A stretch of DNA of 64,000 bases, taken from Candidatus Eiseniibacteriota bacterium. GTDB taxonomy: Bacteria > Eisenbacteria > RBG-16-71-46 > JABDJR01. A model generated the notes under the pieces. The model ran no database searches and was not told the DNA's origin. It saw only the letters and a program-made list of their open reading frames with translations. The position numbers and the translations under genes were made by a program. This document shows positions 26,456-36,123 of this stretch, piece after piece; position 1 is the stretch's first letter; each line of letters starts with the position of its first letter. Location: assembly GCA_963762255.1 (NCBI GenBank), contig CAVXKA010000001.1, positions 768,001-832,000 on the forward strand, given 5' to 3'.

Positions 26456-27684
26456 GAGCGGGCGAGCCAGCGGCGCGCCGCCTCGGTGAGAACGGCGACG
26501 GCGGTTTCGAGCACGTCCTCGTCGGGGTTGAAGCGCGGGTGATGGTGGGGGAACACCTCGCCCTTGGGCGGGGCCGATCCGATGAAGAAATAGCAGCCGG
26601 GCGCGAGTTCCTGGTACGCGGAGAAATCCTCGCCGCCCATCGACGGTTCGGCGTCGATCACGTTCGTTTTGCCCAACACGTCTCGCGCCACTTCACGCAC
26701 GAAGGCAGCCATGGCGGCGTCGTTGACCACCGCGCCGTGTTCGCGCGAGTACTGGATCTCCGCGGTCGCGCCCATGGCCCGGGCCACGCCGGTCACGATT
26801 TCCTTGAAGCGCTTCGGGATTGTGCGCCCGGCTTCCTTGGAGAAGGTGCGCACCGTGCCCTCGAGGACGACCTGCGGCGGGATGATGTTGAACGCGCTTC
26901 CGCCTTCGATGCGGCCCACCGTGACCACCCCGGTATCGATGGGGCTCACGTTGCGCGCGACGATGCTCTGGAGCGCGGTCACGATCTGCGCGGCGGCGAC
27001 GATGGGATCCACCGAGAGGTGCGGATACGCGGCGTGCCCTCCCTTGCCGCGCACCGTCACCACGAACCGGTCCACCGCTGCCATGCAGGGCCCGGTCACC
27101 ACGCCCACCTTCCCCAACGGGACCTGCTGCCAGATGTGGTAGCCAAGCACCGCGTCCACCTTGGGGCTCTCCATGATGCCGGCCTTGATCATGGCCCCCG
27201 CGCCGTTCAGTCCTTCCTCCGCGGGCTGAAAGTTGAGCTTCACCCGCCCGCGCGCCGGGCGCTCCTGCACCAGTACCTTGGCGGTGCCGAGCATGATCGC
27301 GGTGTGGAAGTCGTGCCCGCATGCGTGCATGACCCCGGGGTTCTCGCTCTTGAACGCGAAGTCGTTCTCCTCTGCGATGGGGAGCGCGTCGAGGTCGCAG
27401 CGCAGCATGAGCGTCTTGCCCGGGGATGAGCCCTCGATGAGCGCCGTCACGCCGGTGCCGGCCAGGGTCTTCGGCTTGAGGCCGAGCGCCTCGAGGTGCG
27501 CTCGCACGAGAGCCGATGTGCGCGTCTCGGTGAAGGCGACCTCCGGGTGGCGGTGGATGTCGCGGCGCAGCGCGATCAGCTCCTCGCGGGTGATCGATCG
27601 TGACGGATGCATGAGCAGAGCCGGCGTGCCGGCCGGGGCCTTGCCCGGCTTCGACGGGGTCTGGGGTTTGCGGGTCTCGCTCAT
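26452..27684 (-). CDS. M20 family amidohydrolase
   Basis: RRDIHRHPE, LRCDLDALP, MHACGHD, FQPAEEG, GKGGHAA, GGEDFS and HHPRF. Confidence 0.95.
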   Translation of the reverse strand: MSETRKPQTPSKPGKAPAGTPALLMHPSRSITREELIALRRDIHRHPEVAFTETRTSALVRAHLEALGLKPKTLAGTGVTALIEGSSPGKTLMLRCDLDALPIAEENDFAFKSENPGVMHACGHDFHTAIMLGTAKVLVQERPARGRVKLNFQPAEEGLNGAGAMIKAGIMESPKVDAVLGYHIWQQVPLGKVGVVTGPCMAAVDRFVVTVRGKGGHAAYPHLSVDPIVAAAQIVTALQSIVARNVSPIDTGVVTVGRIEGGSAFNIIPPQVVLEGTVRTFSKEAGRTIPKRFKEIVTGVARAMGATAEIQYSREHGAVVNDAAMAAFVREVARDVLGKTNVIDAEPSMGGEDFSAYQELAPGCYFFIGSAPPKGEVFPHHHPRFNPDEDVLETAVAVLTEAARRWLARS

Positions 27685-27940
27685 TCATCCTCCGCCGGCT
27701 GGGGCGCGGTTCCGTTGCCCGTCGCCGATCGGGTGCAGGGGAAAACCGATATAGAGTACCACCGATCCGGTGCCCTTCCGCCATCGGACCGTCACAAACA
27801 CGACATCCCCTTGCCTCCGACCCGCCATCTGTTCGCCCCCTCCGGCGCGCATTCTCCCCCGCGTCACCCGGCTCAGCGTGACGACACGGACCGTTGCCCG
27901 GTCCGCTAGGCCCTCAACCAACTGTCCAGGAGGTGAATGG

Positions 27941-28561
27941 ATGACTTGGAGCAACCGTGCCCTTGCGGTCGCGCTCATCGCCGGGGCCATTTTCGCGGGC
28001 ACGGCTGCCGCGGGTATCCCGGACCCCGGACTCAGCGTGGTCCCGAACGTCGTGATGTCGCCGGGCGGCGACATCGAGTACGTGGTGACCGTCAACGGTT
28101 CGCAGGGACCGGTGGTGGACTCGATCGTGCAGATCGTGTTCTCGTCCGAGGCGGACGCCTTGGTCTGCTGGTGCGCGGGCCAGGCCCATCCGGCGGTCAC
28201 GGCGACGACCGACGCGGCCGGCCAGGCCCGGTTCTTCATCGCGGCCGGTGGGTGCATCGACCCGGGCCTCGTCGCCTCCCCGCCCGCAGTCTCGGTCTAC
28301 GCCAACGGCATCAGGCTTCGGGAAGTGGGCGCCGTCGGCCCCGACGCCGTCGACGGCGCAGGCTTGGTCCCGACTCTCGGTTGGAACCCCGGCACCTCGT
28401 GCGAAGTCAGCCTCTCGGACGCAGCTCTCCACAGCACTCCCATCAAGGACGGCAGCTATTCCTTCTGCTCGGACATGAACTCGGACCTCCAAGTCGACCT
28501 GACCGACGCGGTCGTGCTCTCCGCGGCCATCAAGTCCGGCCCGACCTGTCCTAGGCAATAG
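27941..28561 (+). CDS. Exported Cys-rich protein with an Ig-like part and dockerin/EF-hand-like C-terminal motifs
   Basis: AGGAGG RBS, signal peptide, ATTDAAGQARF; CSDMNSDLQVDLTDAVVL Ca-loop-like motif. Confidence 0.7.
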   Translation: MTWSNRALAVALIAGAIFAGTAAAGIPDPGLSVVPNVVMSPGGDIEYVVTVNGSQGPVVDSIVQIVFSSEADALVCWCAGQAHPAVTATTDAAGQARFFIAAGGCIDPGLVASPPAVSVYANGIRLREVGAVGPDAVDGAGLVPTLGWNPGTSCEVSLSDAALHSTPIKDGSYSFCSDMNSDLQVDLTDAVVLSAAIKSGPTCPRQ

Positions 28562-28621
28562 GTCGATGCGACACGCGCCACCCGGATGTCCAAGCACACC
28601 TTTCACGGAGGAAACCACGAA

Positions 28622-30367
28622 ATGAAACTTAAGATCGCGATCGGCCGGCTCCTCGGGGGGCTCTTCTTGAGCGGCTTCGCGTTGATCGCCGCCGTCCCCG
28701 CAACCGCACAAGACACGACGCTCGTCATCGACGGGAACCTCTTCTGGGATAACGACGGAGGCTCCTACCAGGCGCGTAGCGGCGGCCTCACCTGCCCCGG
28801 CGGCATCTACACCGTGACGCAGTTGGCGACGGTGAAGTTCGTACACAACCAGACCGCCAACCCGCTCTTGAACGCACAGGTCTACAACGACACGAACCCG
28901 CGCTGGGATCCGCAGGTTTCGAGCCCGGCCCTGGCCGGCAACTCGGGATCCATGGTGCTCAAGGCCTCGGACCTCGACCCCTGGTTTCAGGATGTCTGCT
29001 ATGCCGGCGCCGTGCCCTACACGGGCGGAGTCGACGCCAATGACTGGACCGCCGGGTGGACCTATTACAACCTGGACGGCGGCCTCGGTCGCACCGACAT
29101 CGACACGACGAAGACGGTCGTGACGGTCAACACCGACATCAACGCAAGCACCACCTGGACGAGCAACAACAACTATCTCCTGGTGGGACGTATCAGTGTG
29201 AACCCCCCCGCGACCCTAACCATCGAGCCGGGAACTGTGATCCTGGGAAGCGGGGTGGGTTCCTATCTCGTGATTCGGCAGGGTGCCACGATTGACGCGC
29301 AGGGGACCCGAGCCCTGCCGATCATCTTTACGAGCGGCGCTCGCTGGCAGGAAGGCCAGCAGGCGCCGGCCGACTGGGGTGGAGTCGTGATCCTCGGCGC
29401 CGCCCAGGCCAATTGCGCGCCCAACGGCTCCAACCCGCCCGTCAACTGCGCGGTGACCACCGCGCTCAAGAAGTGCGTGAGCGAAGGCGACGCGACGCTG
29501 GTCTTCGGCGGCGCCAACGACGACGACAACAGCGGGATCATGCGGTACTGCCGCATCGAGTACTCCGGCTTCGAGGTGGCCCCCAACAACGAGCTGAACT
29601 GCCTGACCATGGACGCGGTCGGTCGCGGCACCACGATGGAGTACATCCAGTGCCACGCCGGCAGCGACGACCTCTTCGAGTGGTTCGGCGGCACCGCCAC
29701 CCTGCGCTACGCCGTCGCGACCGCCGGGCAGGACGACAGCTACGACTGGCAGATGGGCTTCCGCGGCAAGGTGCAGTTCGCGGTTTGCCGGCAGGTCAGC
29801 GGACTCACCGGCATCGACAAGGGGATCGAAGCGGACAACAACGAGTTCAACTTCGACTGCCCGCTCCAGTCGAGCCCGATGCTGGCCAACCTCACGCTGG
29901 TGGGCACCGGTCCCGCCATCGATGGTGCCAGGGGGATTCACCTGCGCCGCGGAACCGGCGGCAAGGTGATCAACTCGATCGTTGCCGGCTGGCATGGCAC
30001 CGGGCTCGACGTCGAGAACGAGCAGACCTTCGCGAACTGCGCCGGGACGGGCCCCTCGTTGCTCAACTGCGACGTGTTGGCTGTCCACGAGCCGGCGGCC
30101 GGCTTCGGTCAGCTTCTCGTGAAGGCATCCCCGAATCCGATCCTCGGCGCGACCCGCCTGTCGTTCTCGCTTTCCCGAGACCAGGACGTGCGCGTGGAGA
30201 TCTACGACATCGCGGGACGACTCGTGCAGAGCCTGGCGGACGAATTCATGGGAGCCGGCTATCACGAGATGGAGTGGGACGCACAGCGCCGCCCGGCGGG
30301 GCTGTACTTCTACCGCGTGCGCACGTCGGAGGGCGAGACGACCGGGAAGCTTGTGGTGGCTCGGTAG
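28622..30367 (+). CDS. Secreted beta-helix-like protein with a C-terminal FlgD-Ig/T9SS-type sorting-like domain
   Basis: Signal peptide; LTIEPGT, DWGGVVILG, DDNSG.MRY.RIEY, NELN.LT and DDLFEWFGG motifs of a TonB-receptor-associated family; PNP...IYDIAGRLV...GLYFYRV tail. Confidence 0.8.
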   Translation: MKLKIAIGRLLGGLFLSGFALIAAVPATAQDTTLVIDGNLFWDNDGGSYQARSGGLTCPGGIYTVTQLATVKFVHNQTANPLLNAQVYNDTNPRWDPQVSSPALAGNSGSMVLKASDLDPWFQDVCYAGAVPYTGGVDANDWTAGWTYYNLDGGLGRTDIDTTKTVVTVNTDINASTTWTSNNNYLLVGRISVNPPATLTIEPGTVILGSGVGSYLVIRQGATIDAQGTRALPIIFTSGARWQEGQQAPADWGGVVILGAAQANCAPNGSNPPVNCAVTTALKKCVSEGDATLVFGGANDDDNSGIMRYCRIEYSGFEVAPNNELNCLTMDAVGRGTTMEYIQCHAGSDDLFEWFGGTATLRYAVATAGQDDSYDWQMGFRGKVQFAVCRQVSGLTGIDKGIEADNNEFNFDCPLQSSPMLANLTLVGTGPAIDGARGIHLRRGTGGKVINSIVAGWHGTGLDVENEQTFANCAGTGPSLLNCDVLAVHEPAAGFGQLLVKASPNPILGATRLSFSLSRDQDVRVEIYDIAGRLVQSLADEFMGAGYHEMEWDAQRRPAGLYFYRVRTSEGETTGKLVVAR

Positions 30368-30433
30368 CCGATCCGCCTCATCCACGTTTTCCGGCGAAGA
30401 GCACGCCGCGATTCGAAGGAAGGAGATCACGAG

Positions 30434-33322
30434 ATGAACCCGCGCTCCTTGATGGTTAGGGCGGCGGGGATGTTCCCGGCTGTCGCAATCCTTGTGTTCG
30501 CATCGATCATCCCGGCTCGGGCACAGGCCCAGACACAGACTCAACCCGCTCCCAAGGGGACGCTCTCCGGCCGCGTGACCGACGCCCAGACGCTGGAACC
30601 GCTCTCCTTCGCGAACGTCGTGGCCTTCCGCACGACGCCCGATGACACGCTCGGCGTGGTCGCCGCCGGCGGCGCAACCGGCGACGACGGCAGCTACGCG
30701 CTCAAGGTCGCCCCCGGCACCTACCGGGTCGTCTTCTCCTATGTCACCTATCAATCGCATGTTCGTCGGGACGTCACGGTCGCCGCGGGCCAGACCCTCG
30801 CGCTCAACGCCGCGCTCCGATCCGGTGCGGTCGAAGTGCAGACGTTCAAAGTGGAGGCTGCGGTGATCCGCAGCGCGGAAGGATCGATGATCTCCTCCCT
30901 GCGCAAGGGATCGACGGTGGCCGACGCCGTTACCTCGCAGGAAATGGCGCGAACCACAGACGGCAACGCCGCCGAGGCCATGCAGCGGGTGACCGGCGTC
31001 TCGGTGGTGGACGGCCGGTACGTCTTCGTGAGAGGGCTCGGCGAGCGCTACAGCGCGACCACCGTCAACGGCGCCGGCGTCGGCTCGCCGGAACCGAACA
31101 AGCGGGTCGTGCCGCTCGACATCTTCCCCACCGGCGTGATCGACAACATGGTCGTCCAGAAGACCTACGCGCCGGACATGGACGGAGACTTCGGCGGGAG
31201 CGTCATCAACATCAGCACGCGCGATTTCTCGGCGGGGCACTCCTTGCGGCAGAGCCTCTCCATCGGATCCTCGGAGGGGACGACTGGCGACGCGTTCATG
31301 ACCTACGACGGCGGCAAGTACGACTTCCTGGGCATCGACGACGGCACGCGCTCCCTGCCCGACTTGGTCGGGAGGCTGGGCAAGGACCGGCGGATCAGCA
31401 CCCAGAACTTCTCGACCCAGGAACTGGCGGAGATGGGGCAGTCCTTCAACAATACGTGGACGCCGCGGCGGAAAGAGGCGGCGCCCAACTACGGATATGC
31501 CGGTGTGCTGTCCCAGGGTACGCGACTCTTCGGGCGGGAGCTCGGGATCCTCGCCTCCGCATCGCTGAGCAACAGCCGCCGAAACGTCGATCGCGCCGAC
31601 AACGCCTACCTGGGGGGCGCGGACGCCCCGCCGCTCTATCAATACGAGGTGAAGGAGTCGACGACCTCCGTGCTGGGCGGCCTGACGGGCAACGTCGCGT
31701 ACAAATTGAGCGACACCGACAAGGTGAAACTCAACCTGCTCTACACGCGCAGCTCCAACGACAAGACCCGCCTCTCCGAAGGTCCGAACTCCGACCGCGG
31801 GTCCACCCTGCGCGTCACGCAGCTCTCGTTCGTCGAGCAGTGGCTCTTCTCCGGCGTGCTCCAGGGCAGCCACGACCTCGGGTTCCACGGCTCCCGCGTG
31901 GACTGGAACGCAGGATACTCCGAGGCCTCCCGCCACGAACCCGACCGCCGCACCAGCATCTACGAGCAGCGCGACGCGGATCAGCCGTTCCAGCTTGGGG
32001 GTTCGTCCAATTACCCCCTGACCCGCATCTTCGGTCTGAGCCACGATACGGACCGATCGCAGCGCCTCGACTGGACGGTTCCCTTGAACGGCGAGCCGGA
32101 CGGCGTCGCGAAGGCGAAGGTCGGGGTGGCGCACCGGACCAAGGACCGCGGTTCCGACTTTCGGCGATTCGGCTATCGAAAGATCGGGCGCGAGAAGGTG
32201 GATCTCGCGCTATCTCCGGAGGAAATTCTCAGCGAGTCGAACCTCGACAAGGGGATCTACCGCTTCGAGGAGCTCACGCAGGCGAACGATGCCTACACTG
32301 CCGACCAGAGCATCGACGCCGCGTACTTCATGGTGGATATCCCGCTCGCCTCGCGGATCCGTCTCGTCACCGGCGCGCGGTACGAAAGCGCCGTCCAACA
32401 CGTGGATGCCGCCAGCAGGTTCGTCAGCGTCTCGTCGCCCCCCATCGTGGTGGAGCAGCGGGACCATGGCTGGCTTCCGTCGCTGAGCCTGGCGGTAAAG
32501 CCGCACATCGACATGAACCTGCGGTTCGCCTATTCGCAGACGCTCAACCGGCCCGAACTGCGCGAGCTGAGTCCATTCTCCATGTATAACTTCGAGAGCG
32601 GCTACTCCGAGACGGGGGATACGTCGCTCGTCACCGCGAGACTGAACAACTACGACTTCCGCTGGGAGGTGTTCCCCGCCCCCGGCGAGTTCTTCGCGCT
32701 GGCCGGCTTCTACAAGCGATTCGATCACCCGATCCAGCAGTTCGTCTTCCCCACGACCGGCACCTACGAGTTGCGGCCGCTCAACGGCGACCGGGCCGAT
32801 CTCTACGGCTGGGAGGCGGAGTGCCGTCTCTCGGCGGTGAACCTTTGGAAGGCGCTCGACTGGGCGGTCGACCTCGGCGAGGTTCCCGCAGCCATGCTCC
32901 GCTGGAGCGTCATGGCCAATTACAGCCGCGTGACCTCCGAGGTGCGCCTCGATTCGGTGTCGGGCACGCGGGTGAAGATCCCGTTCACGGGGCAGTCACC
33001 CTACTCGGCCAACCTGGGGCTGTTCTACGCGAGCAAGCGCGGGAAGTTCGAGAGCGGGCTTCTCTACAAGACGTTCGGGAGGCGGCTCGACGCCTACGGC
33101 TCCAACGTGCTCGGCAACATCTACGAGTATCCACCCCGGTCGCTCGACTGCACCCTGAGCTACGGCCTGAGCCGCTCGAGTCGGATCAAGTTCTCGGCGG
33201 AGAACCTGCTGGATAGCCCCACCGAGTTCCGCCAGAGCGGCTTCATCACGCAGAGGTACAACGAGGGCACCACCGTCGGGCTTGCCGTCAGCTATCAACC
33301 CGCCGAGCCCGAAGAGGAGTAA
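30434..33322 (+). CDS. TonB-dependent receptor with an N-terminal carboxypeptidase-regulatory-like domain
   Basis: GTLSGRVTD..T.EPL..ANV; plug motif RVTGVSVVDGRYVFVRGLGERY and VPLDIFP; barrel motifs RPELREL and ENLLD. Confidence 0.93.
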   Translation: MNPRSLMVRAAGMFPAVAILVFASIIPARAQAQTQTQPAPKGTLSGRVTDAQTLEPLSFANVVAFRTTPDDTLGVVAAGGATGDDGSYALKVAPGTYRVVFSYVTYQSHVRRDVTVAAGQTLALNAALRSGAVEVQTFKVEAAVIRSAEGSMISSLRKGSTVADAVTSQEMARTTDGNAAEAMQRVTGVSVVDGRYVFVRGLGERYSATTVNGAGVGSPEPNKRVVPLDIFPTGVIDNMVVQKTYAPDMDGDFGGSVINISTRDFSAGHSLRQSLSIGSSEGTTGDAFMTYDGGKYDFLGIDDGTRSLPDLVGRLGKDRRISTQNFSTQELAEMGQSFNNTWTPRRKEAAPNYGYAGVLSQGTRLFGRELGILASASLSNSRRNVDRADNAYLGGADAPPLYQYEVKESTTSVLGGLTGNVAYKLSDTDKVKLNLLYTRSSNDKTRLSEGPNSDRGSTLRVTQLSFVEQWLFSGVLQGSHDLGFHGSRVDWNAGYSEASRHEPDRRTSIYEQRDADQPFQLGGSSNYPLTRIFGLSHDTDRSQRLDWTVPLNGEPDGVAKAKVGVAHRTKDRGSDFRRFGYRKIGREKVDLALSPEEILSESNLDKGIYRFEELTQANDAYTADQSIDAAYFMVDIPLASRIRLVTGARYESAVQHVDAASRFVSVSSPPIVVEQRDHGWLPSLSLAVKPHIDMNLRFAYSQTLNRPELRELSPFSMYNFESGYSETGDTSLVTARLNNYDFRWEVFPAPGEFFALAGFYKRFDHPIQQFVFPTTGTYELRPLNGDRADLYGWEAECRLSAVNLWKALDWAVDLGEVPAAMLRWSVMANYSRVTSEVRLDSVSGTRVKIPFTGQSPYSANLGLFYASKRGKFESGLLYKTFGRRLDAYGSNVLGNIYEYPPRSLDCTLSYGLSRSSRIKFSAENLLDSPTEFRQSGFITQRYNEGTTVGLAVSYQPAEPEEE

Positions 33323-33328
33323 TCACCC

Positions 33329-34126
33329 ATGGCAGAGTTCACACGCGAATGCGCCTTCGACCACCGCCCCGACCCGCCGGCCCTACAGGCCTGGAAGGGA
33401 GATTGGATCGGCGGCGTGGCCGCGTTCGTTCTGCTGCTGGCCATGCTGCTGGTTGCCTACTCGGTGCATGTGAGGGATCGGTCGCAGGGCACGACGCCAT
33501 CGCCGGCGGCGGGACCGTCGAACACATCCGAGTTCCGAGTTCCCGCCCCCAGGGATGCCGAGTACGCCGACTACCAGGAGATGCTCAAGCAACCGATGTT
33601 TCGCTCTTCGCTGGAGAACTCGCCCGGCTTCGCGCCCCCGTACGATCCGGAATGGCGCTCGGTATTGACGGGGCGCCGGAACGCCGGGCCCGTCGACCTC
33701 GACTTCGTCAACGGCGCGGGATCGCTCGAAGAGCTGGGCCGGTTCGTGATGCTCGCCGCGCTGGACGGCGACGGGCAGGCACTCGTGGGGCTCGCGGTCA
33801 ACAAGGACGAGTTCGAGTTGATCCTCTGGCCGGAGTTCCCGCAGAGCCGCCCGTATCTCCATATCCCCTCCGGGGAAGGTTGGAGCTTCCATTATTCGGA
33901 TCTGACCAAGGGCATATCGAGGGGCGGTCTCGCCCTCATCGGCAAGCCCTACACCTTCGTCGGCATCCGCTCGGGAAGCGCCCGCGAGTATGCGAATTTC
34001 CGCTTCCTGGAGGACGTGGTCCTCATCTGCCGCGATGAGAGCACGGGCGCCACCGAGGAGTTCGGCTTCGTAGGCACGGTGGCGGAGCGCGATGGCCGCT
34101 TCAAGGTGTACCTGTACGAGGAGTGA
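33329..34126 (+). CDS. Membrane-anchored hypothetical protein
   Basis: Starts 6 bp after the receptor stop, one TM segment, host-like codon bias. Confidence 0.7.
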   Translation: MAEFTRECAFDHRPDPPALQAWKGDWIGGVAAFVLLLAMLLVAYSVHVRDRSQGTTPSPAAGPSNTSEFRVPAPRDAEYADYQEMLKQPMFRSSLENSPGFAPPYDPEWRSVLTGRRNAGPVDLDFVNGAGSLEELGRFVMLAALDGDGQALVGLAVNKDEFELILWPEFPQSRPYLHIPSGEGWSFHYSDLTKGISRGGLALIGKPYTFVGIRSGSAREYANFRFLEDVVLICRDESTGATEEFGFVGTVAERDGRFKVYLYEE

Positions 34127-35399
34127 TCCCACCCGACGGCAGCGTGTGCCGCGCCAGCCAGAACCCCAGCGCGGCCAGGAGACCGATCGACGCGATCGCG
34201 CTCCAGAGGATCGCCGGCGAGCCGCTCCACCGATCGTAGAGAACCCCGCCGATGAACGGCCCCGCCGACCATCCGAACGACGCGGTGAGGCCGTGCACGC
34301 CCATGTACCGCCCTACCCGATCCGGCGGCGCGAGGAGCGAGACCAGGGCGATCGACGGCGGCGAGACGATCAGCTCCCCCAGCGTCAGCGCGGCCATGAT
34401 CATGAGCAGATGCCAGTAGGTGCCGGTGAACGCCACCATGAAGAAGGCGCCCGCGTACACGAGCGATCCCAGCACGAGCGCCGAGGGAAGGCGCAGGCGG
34501 CGAAGCGATCGCGTCACGACGAGCTGCAAGGTCACCACCATGAACCCGTTCAAGCCGAACATCACGCCGAGCTGCGCGGTGGTGACGTGCAGCCGGTCGG
34601 CCGCGTCCACGGCCAGCGTGGAAAGCCACTGCGACATCGTGACGAAGATCAAGAGCGACAGCCCGCAGAAGAGCAGGAAGCGGCGATCGTGGCGGATCTC
34701 GAAGATGTCCATCCACTGCGGGCGGCGGCGCCTCGGCGGGTCATCCGCCGGGACGGCGCGCGCGAAATCCGTGGGCCGGGACGCAGCCATGGTCTCGGGC
34801 ACGAACCGCCGCACCAGCCAGGCGGAGAAGAGGCTCGTGATCGCTCCCAATAGGAAGAGCCATGCGTAGCCCACTTCGGCCACCACGCCGCCGAGCATCG
34901 GCCCGACCCCCCAGCCGAGGTTATGCGCCATGCGCATGAGCGCGTAGGCCTCGAGACGCTTCTCGGGCGGCGCGAGATCGTTGACGGCGGCGTAGGCGAC
35001 GGGTTGATAGAACGCCCCAGCGACATAGGAGACGACCAGAATCGACGACGCGGCCCAGAAATTGAGATGCCGGTAGACGGCCAGCGCCATGACGGCGAAG
35101 CACAATGCTCTCGCCGCCTGCCCCCACACCATGATGCGCACGCGGCCCACGCGGTCCGAGAGATCCCCCGCGTACCCCTGGAACGCGGCGCGGACCACGG
35201 CGGTGACCAGGAAGAAGGTGCCCACCAGCGACATGGACACGCCGAGTTCCTCGTGAAAGTAGAGGCTCACGAAAGGGACGATCATGGCGAAGCCCATCGC
35301 CGAGGCGATGAACCCGCCGTAGAGCACCCAGAGCCGCCGGTCGTAGCCGCGAAAGACGGCGCGGGTGCCGAGAAGCCAACTCTGGACGCCTTCTCTCAA
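34101..35399 (-). CDS. MFS transporter (MdtH-like)
   Basis: About 12 TM segments, GDLSDRVGR motif A, APPDRVGRYMG; TTG start inferred from a GGAG RBS. Confidence 0.88.
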   Translation of the reverse strand: MREGVQSWLLGTRAVFRGYDRRLWVLYGGFIASAMGFAMIVPFVSLYFHEELGVSMSLVGTFFLVTAVVRAAFQGYAGDLSDRVGRVRIMVWGQAARALCFAVMALAVYRHLNFWAASSILVVSYVAGAFYQPVAYAAVNDLAPPEKRLEAYALMRMAHNLGWGVGPMLGGVVAEVGYAWLFLLGAITSLFSAWLVRRFVPETMAASRPTDFARAVPADDPPRRRRPQWMDIFEIRHDRRFLLFCGLSLLIFVTMSQWLSTLAVDAADRLHVTTAQLGVMFGLNGFMVVTLQLVVTRSLRRLRLPSALVLGSLVYAGAFFMVAFTGTYWHLLMIMAALTLGELIVSPPSIALVSLLAPPDRVGRYMGVHGLTASFGWSAGPFIGGVLYDRWSGSPAILWSAIASIGLLAALGFWLARHTLPSGGITPRTGTP

Positions 35400-35498
35400 G
35401 AGGACATTCTCCCGGGCCGGAGCCTGTCCCCGGCGCGCGTTATAGTTTACCCTCGGTGGCGGTTGAACTGCGATCATCGCCCCCGGAGGTCGACGCCC

Positions 35499-36095
35499 GT
35501 GCACCACGTACCCAAGGACATCGGCTGGATCGAGGTCATCTGCGGCAGTATGTTCTCGGGCAAAACCGAGGAGCTGATCCGCAGAGTGCGCCGCGCTCAG
35601 TACGCGCGCCAGAAGGTCCAGCTCTTCAAGCCGGGGATCGACACCCGCTATGCCAGCGCGAGCATCGCATCCCACGATCAACGCATGCTGGAGTGCGTCC
35701 CGCTGGAGCGAATCGCCGACATCCACCGCCATCTGGAGGCGGACACCGAGGTGGTGGCGCTCGACGAGGCGCAGTTCTTCGACGAGGAACTGGTCGCGGT
35801 GTGCGAAGAGATGGCCAACCGCGGGCTGCGGGTCATCGTGGCCGCGCTCGACCAGGACTACCTGGGCCGGCCCTTCGGCGCGATCCCGCGGCTTCTGTGC
35901 GTGGCCGAGTACGTGACCAAGAGCCTCGCCATCTGCGTGCGCTGCGGGAACCCGGCCAATCGCTCGCAGCGCCTGCGCGGAAGCCACGAGACGATCCAGG
36001 TGGGCGCGGGCGACGCTTACGAGCCCCGCTGTCGGAGCTGCTTCCGGCCCGAGGTGATCGGGCAGGAAGAGCTGGGGATGGACGAGAGCGGCTGA
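35499..36095 (+). CDS. tdk: Thymidine kinase
   Basis: GWIEVICGSMFSGKTEEL, DEAQFF, CVRCG...SQR and YEPRCRSC; GGAGG RBS plus GTG start. Confidence 0.96.
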   Translation: MHHVPKDIGWIEVICGSMFSGKTEELIRRVRRAQYARQKVQLFKPGIDTRYASASIASHDQRMLECVPLERIADIHRHLEADTEVVALDEAQFFDEELVAVCEEMANRGLRVIVAALDQDYLGRPFGAIPRLLCVAEYVTKSLAICVRCGNPANRSQRLRGSHETIQVGAGDAYEPRCRSCFRPEVIGQEELGMDESG

Positions 36096-36123
36096 GCGAC
36101 GCAAGCGCGCTGAGGAGCAGGGT

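Noticed and set aside
29216-32134. Long antisense ORFs (this 972-aa ORF and others such as 44997-47003, 3803-5197 and 54350-55975) and long alternative-frame ORFs (36288-39020, 52245-54863)
   Set aside because: They are shadows of well-supported genes in high-GC DNA, with Arg/Pro/Gly-rich or motif-less translations.
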